Source: Parasitella parasitica NRRL 2501
Taxonomy: Eukaryota > Fungi > Mucoromycota
Length of the DNA: 64,000 nt
Direction of reading: 5' to 3'
Assembly (NCBI GenBank): GCA_025201805.1
Contig: MU619283.1
Coordinates: 1 to 64,000, forward strand
The translations under genes and the position numbers were made by a program. This document shows, one piece after another, positions 24,848 to 37,052 of the stretch. How positions within the stretch are numbered: the first letter of the stretch is position 1; every line of letters begins with the position of its first letter. A model generated the notes under the pieces. That model did not search any database and was not told where the DNA came from. It worked only from the letters and a program-made list of their open reading frames with translations.

Positions 24848-26020
24848 ATGTCTACTTTTGCTGCTACTACTGCTGCTACCTCTAGAACAATCAATGTGAT
24901 TGTTTCCCTTAATGATGAGAATGAACCTATCGAATTCAAATTTCTTTTTGAGAAATTCAATTGGGATACTCTTGTGTCATTGATTCACTCTTGTTCGACT
25001 TTTGAGCCGCCTGTTGTTCTCTATTATAAGCTTACTTTTGATGGTGCAGTTAAAGCCCTGGAAAGCCAGGAGCATTTGGCTCAACTTTTGACTGTTTTGC
25101 AATCTCCAACTACTTTGTATTTCTATGGTAACCAGGACCGACTTACTTTTCCCGTAGTCATGTCATCAGCTGCTGCCTTTGCTCGTCTTGGGTTTTTGGT
25201 AGAGCAAAATAAGCAAGTAGTGCGGTCTAGTCGTCGTATTGCTAGGTGGATTGGCATTTTAGCTTCTATGATGTCCACTTTGGATAAATCCTTCGAACAT
25301 GAATTCCAAGTACTTGAAAGAATGATACAAAGGAAATCTGTCAAACTTCAAACTCGTAAAAATCCTGGAAATAAGCTTGTTGAAACTGATGATGTTATCT
25401 CTGCTGGTGAAGATGAAGACTTTGCTGAGGCACCCGAAGTCATTGACTTGGATGCTCGTCTTGAAGATCTTGATATAGGTGATCATGCTAATGGCCAAAG
25501 AAAACGTGGTGGTTGTGGTCATAACTTTGGTGGCCGTTGTGCTTTTGGTGGCTGTGGTACTTTTAATAGACGTCCTTATCCTTATGAATTCTTTGAAGGG
25601 TTTCTTGGCGGTCTGAATGGCTCTGATGAAGAGGCTCGTCGTAAATTTGCTTGGGCTGCAGGTGGTCGTTATCATCATGGCAAACCTCATCCACATAGCG
25701 CTCCTATTAATTCGGATGAAGAGTCTTTTGGCGGCCGTGGCGGCCGTGGGTTCGGCAAATTTGGCGGTAGACAACATCGTCATCATGGTAGATCTCATCC
25801 TTTTGCTGGTCTTGGTCCTCGCCCTTTTGGCGTCCCTTCTGATAGTGAAGAGGAATTCTTTGGCCATCATCATGGTAAGCATTTTGGAGGCCGTGGTGGC
25901 CGTGGTGGCCGTGGATTTGGTCCTAATAGACCTCCCCCTGCCTTTGGTGGCGATGAAGAATTATTTGGTGGTCGTGGATTCGGTAAACATGGCAGACACG
26001 GTAGATTTCACTGGGAGTGA
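24848..26020 (+). CDS. uncharacterised protein: PB1-like N-terminus plus Gly/Arg/His-rich (RGG) low-complexity C-terminus
   Basis: Intronless ORF with strong NNT codon bias. FNWDTLVSLI..VVLYY..DGAVKALESQEHL is PB1-like. GGRGGRGFG repeats. Confidence 0.85.
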   Translation: MSTFAATTAATSRTINVIVSLNDENEPIEFKFLFEKFNWDTLVSLIHSCSTFEPPVVLYYKLTFDGAVKALESQEHLAQLLTVLQSPTTLYFYGNQDRLTFPVVMSSAAAFARLGFLVEQNKQVVRSSRRIARWIGILASMMSTLDKSFEHEFQVLERMIQRKSVKLQTRKNPGNKLVETDDVISAGEDEDFAEAPEVIDLDARLEDLDIGDHANGQRKRGGCGHNFGGRCAFGGCGTFNRRPYPYEFFEGFLGGLNGSDEEARRKFAWAAGGRYHHGKPHPHSAPINSDEESFGGRGGRGFGKFGGRQHRHHGRSHPFAGLGPRPFGVPSDSEEEFFGHHHGKHFGGRGGRGGRGFGPNRPPPAFGGDEELFGGRGFGKHGRHGRFHWE

Positions 26021-26327
26021 TTGGAGATGTCCGTTTTATTTAGTTTAACCCATAATTAATTACATTTAAATAAATAAGAGGTGTCCTATTATTATTTTTT
26101 TTTGGTTTTTTTGTTTTTGTTTAAAGTTAAATACATCATAATTTAGTAAAAGTACAATAAAACAAATTAGATCAGTTGGCAATGAGAATCGTATACATAT
26201 ATTATTTGGATATAAAGTGACACAAAGCGGTATAGCTCAGTGTACCGTATCCAAGCGAATATTTGACGTGGTCAGTATGTTGGAAACTTGGGTGCCAATC
26301 ACTAGTTTGACGTCGAAGACTTACAGG

Positions 26328-26880
26328 TTATACATTGGGGTACATGATATTAATGGGAGGCAGTATTGATGTAGCTTTTGCAGTATCCTTCTCTTTTCCA
26401 AATGTCTCACAGTGTGCATCGACCTGCTTGGTTCTTCCATAAGCTTTTACAGCATTGGCCATGATAGCTTGGCTATTGCGAGTGTCATGCATTATGGCGT
26501 CAACACCTTAGCAGTAAAATACCTAACTTGTGGATAGAATTCCCAGGCATTATTCAGTATTTTGACGTTTTGCTCTGTGCAATGTTTGTTAAACATGGCC
26601 AGTGGCTTTAGCTGAAGGGAACCCACAATGTACAAGGGCTTTTTTCGGTCTTTTGGATGGCTGTCTGTTATTTGGCAGACATTGATGACCGCTTCATCAA
26701 AGTTCCGTTTCCGTGGTGTTGAAATTTCTATAGGTTTGACATCGAGATTACCAGGTTGCAGCGAAGGCAGTATATCCTAGGCATTGGTTCATGATTTGTC
26801 ATTGGATCTTCTGGTTCCAAAAAAAAATGGCATGCTTCTTTTGATAGAACTACTGTATTAAGGATAGATTGGGTTTCCAT
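26328..26880 (-). CDS. probable small 3-exon hypothetical protein only partly captured by the ORF track
   Basis: Stop-free spliced reading METQSILN..|DILPSLQPGNLDVKPIEISTPRKRNFDEA..WEFYPQV|SQAIMANAVK..MYPNV*. Second intron is GTATTT..TAG; the first donor is uncertain. Confidence 0.45.
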
Positions 26881-27173
26881 TTTTTTAAAGCTTTGAGAAA
26901 AAGGTGTCATTAATTTTGGCCCCTTTTTTTGTAAAATAAATTGTTTTCAGTTTCTTGTTTAGATGTTATTTGCGACTTTTACTTTCTGGACTGACCCCAT
27001 ATAGTGTTTCTTTGAAACCTAGTAAAACGGAACGGGAGAATCCGGTTAAGAGTTGTTATTATTCACCAAGTCTCAGTCATGGCTCCCCTTTTCTCTGCCG
27101 ATTATAATATAAATGAGTTCAAACAAAAAATAATTTTATTTCTCTTTTTGTCAACATAAATTCATATTTCATC

Positions 27174-27719
27174 ATGGCATCTATATCTTCAAAGTCTGCT
27201 AATCCATTTATTTGGCAAAATCAATGGAATTACCAGATTGAAGATAGTTATTTACCTAAATTTTACGAACAAGATGTGTATCAATCTCAATTTACAACAT
27301 TCCGATCAGTATCACCCAAGATTTACAGCAAACAAAAGGCTGATTATTTTAATGCGATTGATGATGAATTGGAAATGACAGATACTGAAGACTCCTTGTA
27401 CGAAGCTACGCTAATGAATGCTAATTTCCTATCATCTTGTCCGTCGCCCTCTTCTTCTGCCCCTCTCCAAGAAGTAAAGTCGAGCGGTTCCCTCAGCCGT
27501 CTTCGACAAATTCTCGGTCATATCCATCCAAATTATGTCTCTGAATCATTATCGTTACTCGAGGTTATCCCAATGCCTTCTACACGCTCTCAATTCTCTG
27601 CAGCTACGTCTTCGTCTTTGCTTCAGCAGCAACAAAAGCAACAGATTATTACGAGAGTAATATCTATTGCTGATCCTTGCGACCCGAAAGGAAAGGGAAA
27701 AACTAAGTCTGGCCTGTAA
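27174..27719 (+). CDS. hypothetical Ser/Gln-rich protein
   Basis: 181-aa ORF with ATG in good context and a TATA-like box upstream. Confidence 0.65.
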   Translation: MASISSKSANPFIWQNQWNYQIEDSYLPKFYEQDVYQSQFTTFRSVSPKIYSKQKADYFNAIDDELEMTDTEDSLYEATLMNANFLSSCPSPSSSAPLQEVKSSGSLSRLRQILGHIHPNYVSESLSLLEVIPMPSTRSQFSAATSSSLLQQQQKQQIITRVISIADPCDPKGKGKTKSGL

Positions 27720-28505
27720 TTGCTACTTTAATAAGTAATACGGTTAATAATTCAATATACCCTATGAATAAATTGTTTTGTCAATTATCAGTCTTCGAAT
27801 CAGCCCGGCGCAATGCCGAATGTCAATTTCGTCTACAATGCTGAGCGAAACGCAGTAAAGAGTAATGTGAAATACGAAAATTTAAAAGTAGGATGAAAGG
27901 ATGCGGTCCGCCAACTTTTCAGTCGTAATCTTTGTTATCGGAATCCTTGATTCACAGGATATCAAGGGTTTTATACGTAATCTGTCTGTACGTTTATCGA
28001 GCCTTTGTCATACATTAGATTATCATGCGCATAGAGCAGCCCTTACTTTGATCTATGTGCTTGTCTATTGTTTCCATTTTGTGTGATTTTCTATTTGACT
28101 ATTGTATGTCTATTGAACCTTGCTATCTTTTGATTTAAAGCTATTTAAATGGGAATTTTCATGGGAGATGGCATTTCAGTTTATGAAGGGGAAATAACAT
28201 CTATGTCTAGGCAGCCCCCCCCCCATCAGCCATAAAGGTAGATATTAATGACTGCCATTTTTGCGGTATCATCTCGCTTTTTAAATGATTTTAGAGATGT
28301 TATCAAATTCATACATATGCTAGTAGTAATGAAGATCTTTGACTAAATTGCAATATGTTGATCGACTCTGCTCCCATTGAGCGAAAAAAAGCCTTTCTTG
28401 ATTAAAATTATGTTTTGATGGCTCTATTGACAACTGTTATGTTCGCTTAACTACAATGGTTCACTATCTGTTGAGCATCAGCTATAAAGATCTCGCTAAA
28501 GAGAT

Positions 28506-28528
28506 CCAATCAGTGCGAATACAATTGG
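28506..28528. promoter_or_regulatory. paired CCAAT/ATTGG boxes upstream of a respiratory gene
   Basis: CCAATCA at 28506 and ATTGG at 28524, about 100 bp 5' of the NDUFB11 ATG. Confidence 0.35.
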
Positions 28529-28611
28529 GGTGACATCATCATCAACCGCATGTTAGAAAATGGAGGGTTGGCAGCAAAATAACGAATCTCCACATTTTCG
28601 ATCCTTACAAT

Positions 28612-29188
28612 ATGTTCACTAAAATTCTTGCTCGCTCAACTCGACTTGCTCGCCCAAGCTTTGTGCACCGTGGTGGCCATGGAACTCCCTCTTACAATGA
28701 ACCTGGAGGGTATCTTTTTAATGAAAAGGTAAATCATACAGCGAAGAAACTATCATATCAACAACGGCCCGAATTTCTATCATTGAACGTACCTTGATAT
28801 TACAAACGATATCGTTATACTTGATTGTTGAAAACGTCAATTCATTATCGAAATTCGTGTGTTTCGGATGGAGGTGGATATAATCAGGGCTATTGTTGAT
28901 ATTTGAAAGTCGATTTTTAATTTTCTCAATACCACTAACCACTAACATTAGGTCCGTGTTAAAGAAGATTGGGAGAGCATCTACTATTATGGTATGGGCG
29001 GTGGCTTCCTTGCAATGGCAGTTGCTTTATATTACAAGCCTGATACAAGGTATAGATGAAGTCATGCGCAAATAAACCCTATATTAATTCGACACTATTC
29101 CTGTAGTGTTGTTACTTGGGCCAAGAAAGAAGCTGAAAAGTCATTAAAAGAGAAGGGTGTCAATCTTGAATACACAAAGACAGCATAG
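28612..29188 (+). CDS. NDUFB11: complex I ESSS subunit (NDUFB11); exons 28612-28728, 28952-~29048, ~29107-29188
   Basis: Presequence, then NEPGGYLFNEK|VRVKEDWESIYYYGM..YKPDT|SVVTWAKKEA, matching the ESSS family. Confidence 0.88.
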
Positions 29189-29338
29189 ATCTTTTGTCTT
29201 AAACAACAATTTAAAATTAAAGAGAAAAGTTAGGAAATTTGTATAAATAAGATTTTTTCTTTCTTCTCCTCTTTTTTCTTTTCTTAGCCGCAGTTTTTTT
29301 TCTGTACATCCAACACGAAATAAACTATACTGTACAAT

Positions 29339-29752
29339 ATGTATGAAACTGAAGCAGAGTATGTAAAGTTGGTCAGTAGCGACGGCTTCGAGTTTGTTAT
29401 TCATCGTGAAGCAGCTATTCGCTCTGGAACAATAAAAAACATGCTCTGTGGACCAGGTATGTGAAGAACTAGATGCAAGATAACAGTTGTTGAAGGTCAA
29501 TTTAGTTCAATTCAGAGAGTCTGTAGATAACGAAATCACATTTAGGGATATCAAGTAACTTTGTTGAATCCCAAAATGATAAAATCCCTGTTGTTAATCA
29601 GAAAATGTAGAGCCTCCATACTTGAAATCGTTTGCAGATACCTTTATTACAAATGGCAGTACGAAGGGTCGACTACTGAAATACCAGAATTCAAAGTTGA
29701 TCCTGAAGTTGTATTAGAAACATTGATGACCGCAGATTTTCTTGAATGTTAA
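29339..29752 (+). CDS. ELC1: Elongin C (3 exons)
   Basis: [54 protein letters not shown]. Confidence 0.93.
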
Positions 29753-30028
29753 CAATACTCGGTAATATATGCAAAGCTAAGCGTGGTAAAGCTCTTTTTA
29801 GATCTATGCAGCTAGTCTTAAATAGAATCGATTTCTTTTTGTCATCAAACGATAATACACCAAGTTTCATCACGGATTCAACGATTTTGAATAAAAATAA
29901 AATATTACTTCCATGTACATCAGCACATCATAGCTGTTAAATATTGCCAAACAATCAAAGTAGTAGTAGTAAATAGTTTGAATTGTTATTTTTTTATATA
30001 CGTGGAAAACAGTGCTAGATTTTATAAA

Positions 30029-31840
<1,812 letters not shown>

Positions 31841-32342
31841 TTGCAAAGTTTAAAAGATAAAGGAAAAAAGAGGGTGTGAACGAGTCAATTAAACATTTTC
31901 TTAAATTAGCCCGCGCTTTCTAAGCGTCGTTGTTTTAATCAATTTCACAATTATTTCAGGAGACTGGTTTAATGATTCAGTTATAGCTTATCCTGTTGCA
32001 TAGCACATTCGAAATCTGGAAGTCAACACAATGAGGCTGATAGTATCTATTCAACAAGAACGTAGGGTTTAAAACAGTGATTCGATTCGCATTTATGTTG
32101 ATTGTGCGTTTATTATGCTACTTAATCTGGGTGTGTTCTTTTAGTATGGCCCTGTCTTTCACATGGACAGAATTGTTGCATTTATAGAATACAACGGGCT
32201 GTTACCATTATTTTACATTCGTCGTCATGGCAGTCATATCATAGCAGCTGTTCCTGAATCGGATACCGTGCATACAAGAAAAAGCTTGATATTTTTTAGT
32301 GTATAGCCGAGGCTTAAATAACATATACCATGAGAATTAGCA

Positions 32343-32641
32343 TACTACGAAAAAATAAATGGGCGATTTCAGAAAATCAAATGTTGGTTATCAAAAGATA
32401 AATGGCGCTAGCTGAAAAATAATTGGCAGTTTCTTCAGATTGTTATTTACGTATAATTGAGTGTTTATTGAAGAGGCTACATAGAATTTACGATTCAACG
32501 TTTAAAGTGCCTACAAAGGCCATAAATATCACTAAGGCGTCAATTCTTTGCCTCACTTTTCCTTGTACAAGAGTCCAAAACTGCTCAATCGGGTTCAACT
32601 CTGGCGAATAAGGGGGAGGGGGCAAATACGTCCCTCTGTAA
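32343..32641 (-). mobile_element. inverted copy of the Tc1/IS630 transposase 3' end plus probable element terminus
   Basis: 32373-32641 is the reverse complement of 36784-37052. It extends leftwards into TA|CTACGAAAAAATAAATGGGCG, with an inner repeat ATAAATGGCG near 32398. Confidence 0.75.
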
Positions 32642-33656
32642 CCTCTGTAATAATCTCACAATGATAAAATGCAAGGTAGTGGCCTTTTATAAACAGTAAC
32701 TTGTTTTGATCTTCAAAGCAGCACAAAGGGACAAAAATGATGCACGCTTTGACTAGATTATTTAGTTCTTTTTGAAGATGATTCTTATTTAATGATGCCT
32801 TTGTATTCTGCTTTGTCTGGTTCGGTTATAATACAATAAATGGAATGGTTATGATATTTATATATTTGTTCTAGTAAATCGCGCGCTTTTATGCAGCGTT
32901 TTACTTGATTTATTTTATTCAAATATAAAACTACATAAAATAACAATAAAATTAACTAGCTTAAAAATATTATTTTCATCTGAATGAGATGATTAGAAAG
33001 AAAAAAATGAATTACATTTTGTATATATGAAAGAAAAAAAATTATAATGTTTATTGTTATATTTTAATAGTACAGTTATGTTGTTTCACACATTGCGCAT
33101 TATCTTGATTTGAATAGTTGTATCGCGGTTCCATGTGAGATGACTTTTACATTTGATTATATGGAGAAATATTGCTCATTTCACTACAGAGTTATTATTT
33201 ATTGTTTTCAAGAAGACACCTGCTGATTCTATTCAGCCTTTGTAGATTGAAATTAGGCCAATATTTTATTGGACGATGCACACACAAGTGTTGTTTAGCA
33301 AAATCGATAGGATTGTCCTATATTATTGTGATGATTATGGTCAGAACAAGAACTAATAGAAAGAGGGTAAAACTCACACCAATGTCGATAAATATCGGAT
33401 GAATCTTGCGAATGAATTTGAAGAAATGCAAGTGAAAGAAAACCACCATGGTAAAGGCATGTATTATAGCCTACCACGAGACCTTAGTGTTGAATGTACT
33501 AAATGCACTTTTAAGACGATGGACAAGACCCGCTCTATTTTCAGATATTTAAATTCTTGCAAAGAAAAAAAAAAGGTACGTTAGTATCAATTTTGAATGA
33601 AAAAAAAATACATGACCGTCGTAAGTAAGCTCTTAATCTAATAGTTCGAGAGAAGA

Positions 33657-33997
33657 CACTCCACAGTTATACGTCGGGGTTTGTGCTCCCAACGGAACAT
33701 AGCACTACGTAAGGACCATTCATCACCTGGTGACAGTAAATGCCCCGAGTGATTTAGCAGAGCTTTAGGTACACCTTTTTACCATCTGTGTTGAAAGATG
33801 ATGAAGTATGAGGCCGTTGTCTTCTCAACTTTGAAGCACTCCACAGTTATACGTCGAGGTTTATGTTCACAACGAAACATAGCACTACGCAAGGACCATT
33901 CATCACCTGGTGACAGTAAATGCCCCGAGTGATTTAGCAGAGCTTTAGGTACACCTTTTTACCATCTGTGTTGAAAGATGATGAAGTATGAGGCCGT
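33657..33997 (+). repeat. 161-bp direct duplication (33657-33817 / 33837-33997), period 180
   Basis: Copies align directly. There are 6 mismatches in the first ~55 bp and the remainder is identical. Confidence 0.93.
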
Positions 33998-34794
33998 CGC
34001 TTTAAAGCTGAACTCTTTAGATTAGAGAAGATAATAGTTTTTTTTTGTATTTAATAATGTAAAAGATATCTCAACAAACTAAAATTCAAACAAAGAAGTT
34101 TTTTATTGTATCAAATAGTGACGTAGATATCACTTGAAGAGATGCGTCACCTTTTTTTTTATGGACTAGACAATCCTTGATTGGCTGCATAAAAATATTA
34201 AGCTCAGTGTTCCCAAACTCCGTTTGAAAGTGTGTTCCTTTTACTCCTGTTGCAAATGTTTCACAGTGTTTCAAAAACCAGTGCTTTCCAAGACTGGCTT
34301 AAAATAGCCATATTGACCTTGATCCGCAATATGATTATTTCAACTTTGCCGATATGGCTATGAAAGACAAAGCAACAACAGGCTCTCTTTACATATCTTT
34401 AATGAACAACGCTTTGAAAAATGCTCCGAAAGAAAAGAAACCAAAAATCATTGATGCTATTGTCTTGTTCAATGTGAGAATTAATATTACTTCTTTATTA
34501 TGAGAAAGTAAATTTAATAACCCACTTTTTTTTTGTTTCTTTTCTTTTTTAGAAAAAAAACAGCAAGGGTTCGCGTTTTTACTCAGCATATGAAGAATAC
34601 TGGAGAGTAAGAGACGAGGAAGAATCAAATCAAACAGCAAGAAGAATAGAGAAACGTGCACATGAATCGTTAGAGCATATAGCTGGCAATGTCTTTGATT
34701 CTATTGTAGAATCTTCAAAGCGCGTGCGTGTTTAATCATATATTTTAAAAATATCCAATTCATTATTGACCGTATCACTATTCTCTTAGTTGTG

Positions 34795-34836
34795 CAGCAA
34801 CAGCAACAGCAACAACAACAACAACAGCAACAGCAA

Positions 34837-34871
<35 letters not shown>

Positions 34872-34935
34872 GCAACAGCAGCAACAGCAACAACAGCACG
34901 AGCACCACCACCACCACCACTACCACTGCCACCAC
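34795..34935 (+). repeat. CAG/CAA then CAC trinucleotide tract (polyQ-polyH)
   Basis: Over 30 consecutive CAG/CAA triplets followed by a CAC run. Confidence 0.95.
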
Positions 34936-36360
34936 TTTAAATGAAATTACTTCCATTTACAAAGAGTGAGTTTTACACATTCACCTACTATGTATGGTCA
35001 TAGTCTTATCTTGAACCTTCTCTTTTATAGCATAACTGGATTAAGAATTCTATATATTGATGATGATGGCGTGAAGGTTATGCTTGATAAAGAGCTGCTA
35101 GAAGGCTAAAGACAACAAACAACACTTGAAAGTCAACATTTATCATCCCCAGTTACTCTTCTTCTATCATTTTTAAACCAGGCCAATCGCGACTTTTATA
35201 CCTACAGAAGCATCATCAAAAGATTCAATCTACCAGAAAATGAAAGATTCGACATTGTCACTCACGCCGATCTAAACTTCGTTGAAACAATAGGCAATCA
35301 TTTGTAAGTACTAGTTTTTTTTTAAAAAATTTTCATTGATATCTTCGGTATATAGTTTAAACCTGAATCAAAGCCCTTCAAATCCTCTATTACAACCAAC
35401 ACTTGAGAGAACCGCTGCGATCCACACTACCATTACTTTACTGAACAACTTGTTTCTATCAGTAAATGACAAAATCAATTTCAACTGGTAAGCTAGTAAA
35501 TGTTTTGCGGCATGAAACTGATTGTTAATATATTTTCTCAAAGGATTGAAATTGAAACCCTCTTGACTCAAAGTACCGAGTGGGATGGCGTTGGCTTCCG
35601 GGCTGGATCTGATCAAAAAATAGGTTTTTGCCTAGTTGAGTTTTCTGGAGGAATTAAAAAAAATTGCAAACCAAAAAAAGCTGACTCTGATGAGAAGAAG
35701 ATTGAGAAAGGGATAATCGATTTTATTGAATACACCAATGCAGTAAAAGGCCATTTCATCAGGTTCCATGGTAAGTTACCTACTCTTTAAGATGTCGTAT
35801 ACATAAGTAAACTGAATTGTTCCGAATATTTAGACATGAAACTCTATTTTGAGTTGGTATTTCTGGTTGAAAATCATTTTATTCGAAGAACACATGCCAC
35901 AGTCAAATTACCTACTACTCCTTCTGAGCTGAAAGATTTCTTCAACCAAACAGAGTCACTCTTTACTTGGAAGAAATCCTTAACCGATAGCATCAACAAT
36001 GTATAGTTAGAGATTATGTTAATCTTTGCTTCTTATACAGACATACAATCATAAATGTATAATTTCCTTTTCTATATACGGTACACACAACATAGTAAAA
36101 ATACATTTTTTATATTCGCAACTCATAAATAAAAAAACATGCTTCAACCCTCATCTTATGATGCCTACAACTACTGTACTTAGACCAACAAATTATTTCT
36201 TTTTGTAGTGGATGGAAAAGCCTTATTAAGTGTATATTGTCTTATCCATGCTATTTCTAAGTGCTACACCTTTTTCTAGAATGCATTTTTTAGGTCAAAG
36301 GAGAGTAGTCTACTTGAACTTTATATGTTTATGTATGTATTTGTGTGTCCATTTTGAGAA

Positions 36361-37052
36361 GCAATTAGACCAAAGTAAGAACTGTTCTCCTTCACATACC
36401 ATTATTGGCGCTATACATTGCCCTAGCGTTATATTTGTTGCTATGAGAAATCCTCCACCCAAAAATCTAAAAGTTCAAGAAAGTCAGACTACGAAGAAAA
36501 CGAAACCAAAGAAGAAAAAGCTTGTAAGAGGCAAAGCACAAAGAGATGGAGACATTATTATTAAAGAAATTACTGTAGTGTACGTTGATATTGAGGAGAG
36601 TAGTTCCAGTGAAAACAAAAAGCTAATAACAAACGGTACAATAACTGCCCATTTCGTGAAATTTATGAATAAGATTCTTGATATCATGGACACGGACGAA
36701 AGCTTTGTTGACAGTTATCTTTTAATGGATAACTGCACTATTTACAAGTCGCATCCAATGATAGGAAACACTGAGAGTGGAGATTACAGAGGGACGTATT
36801 TGCCCCCTCCCCCTTATTCGCCAGAGTTGAACCCGATTGAGCAGTTTTGGACTCTTGTACAAGGAAAAGTGAGGCAAAGAATTGACGCCTTAGTGATATT
36901 TATGGCCTTTGTAGGCACTTTAAACGTTGAATCGTAAATTCTATGTAGCCTCTTCAATAAACACTCAATTATACGTAAATAACAATCTGAAGAAACTGCC
37001 AATTATTTTTCAGCTAGCGCCATTTATCTTTTGATAACCAACATTTGATTTT
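36361..37052 (+). mobile_element. decayed Tc1/mariner-IS630 (DDE_3) transposase, C-terminal half
   Basis: SHTIIGAI, GTITAHFVKFMN, YLLMDNCTIYKS and YLPPPPYSPELNPIEQFW motifs. No N-terminal half; deletion and frameshift after QGKVR. Confidence 0.88.

Larger units (their letters stand above)
33399..36006 (+). pseudogene. multi-exon pseudogene: N-terminal CxxC region, polyQ linker, C-terminal PD-(D/E)xK-like (Crinkler/REase-like) domain
   Basis: GT-AG introns are intact in the 3' half. Peptide LERTAAI..W|IEIE..WDGVG..LVEFSGG..RRTHATVKLPTTP. In-frame TAA at 35107; the 5' part is riddled with stops and a duplication. Confidence 0.6.

Noticed and set aside
35107-35109. recoded stop (selenocysteine or readthrough) in the polyQ gene
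   Set aside because: The codon is TAA rather than TGA, and the 5' part of the gene has several further lesions.
32373-37052. intact composite transposon with 269-bp TIRs
   Set aside because: The repeats are internal transposase coding and 3' sequence, there is no matching TSD at the outer ends, and no intact transposase lies inside.
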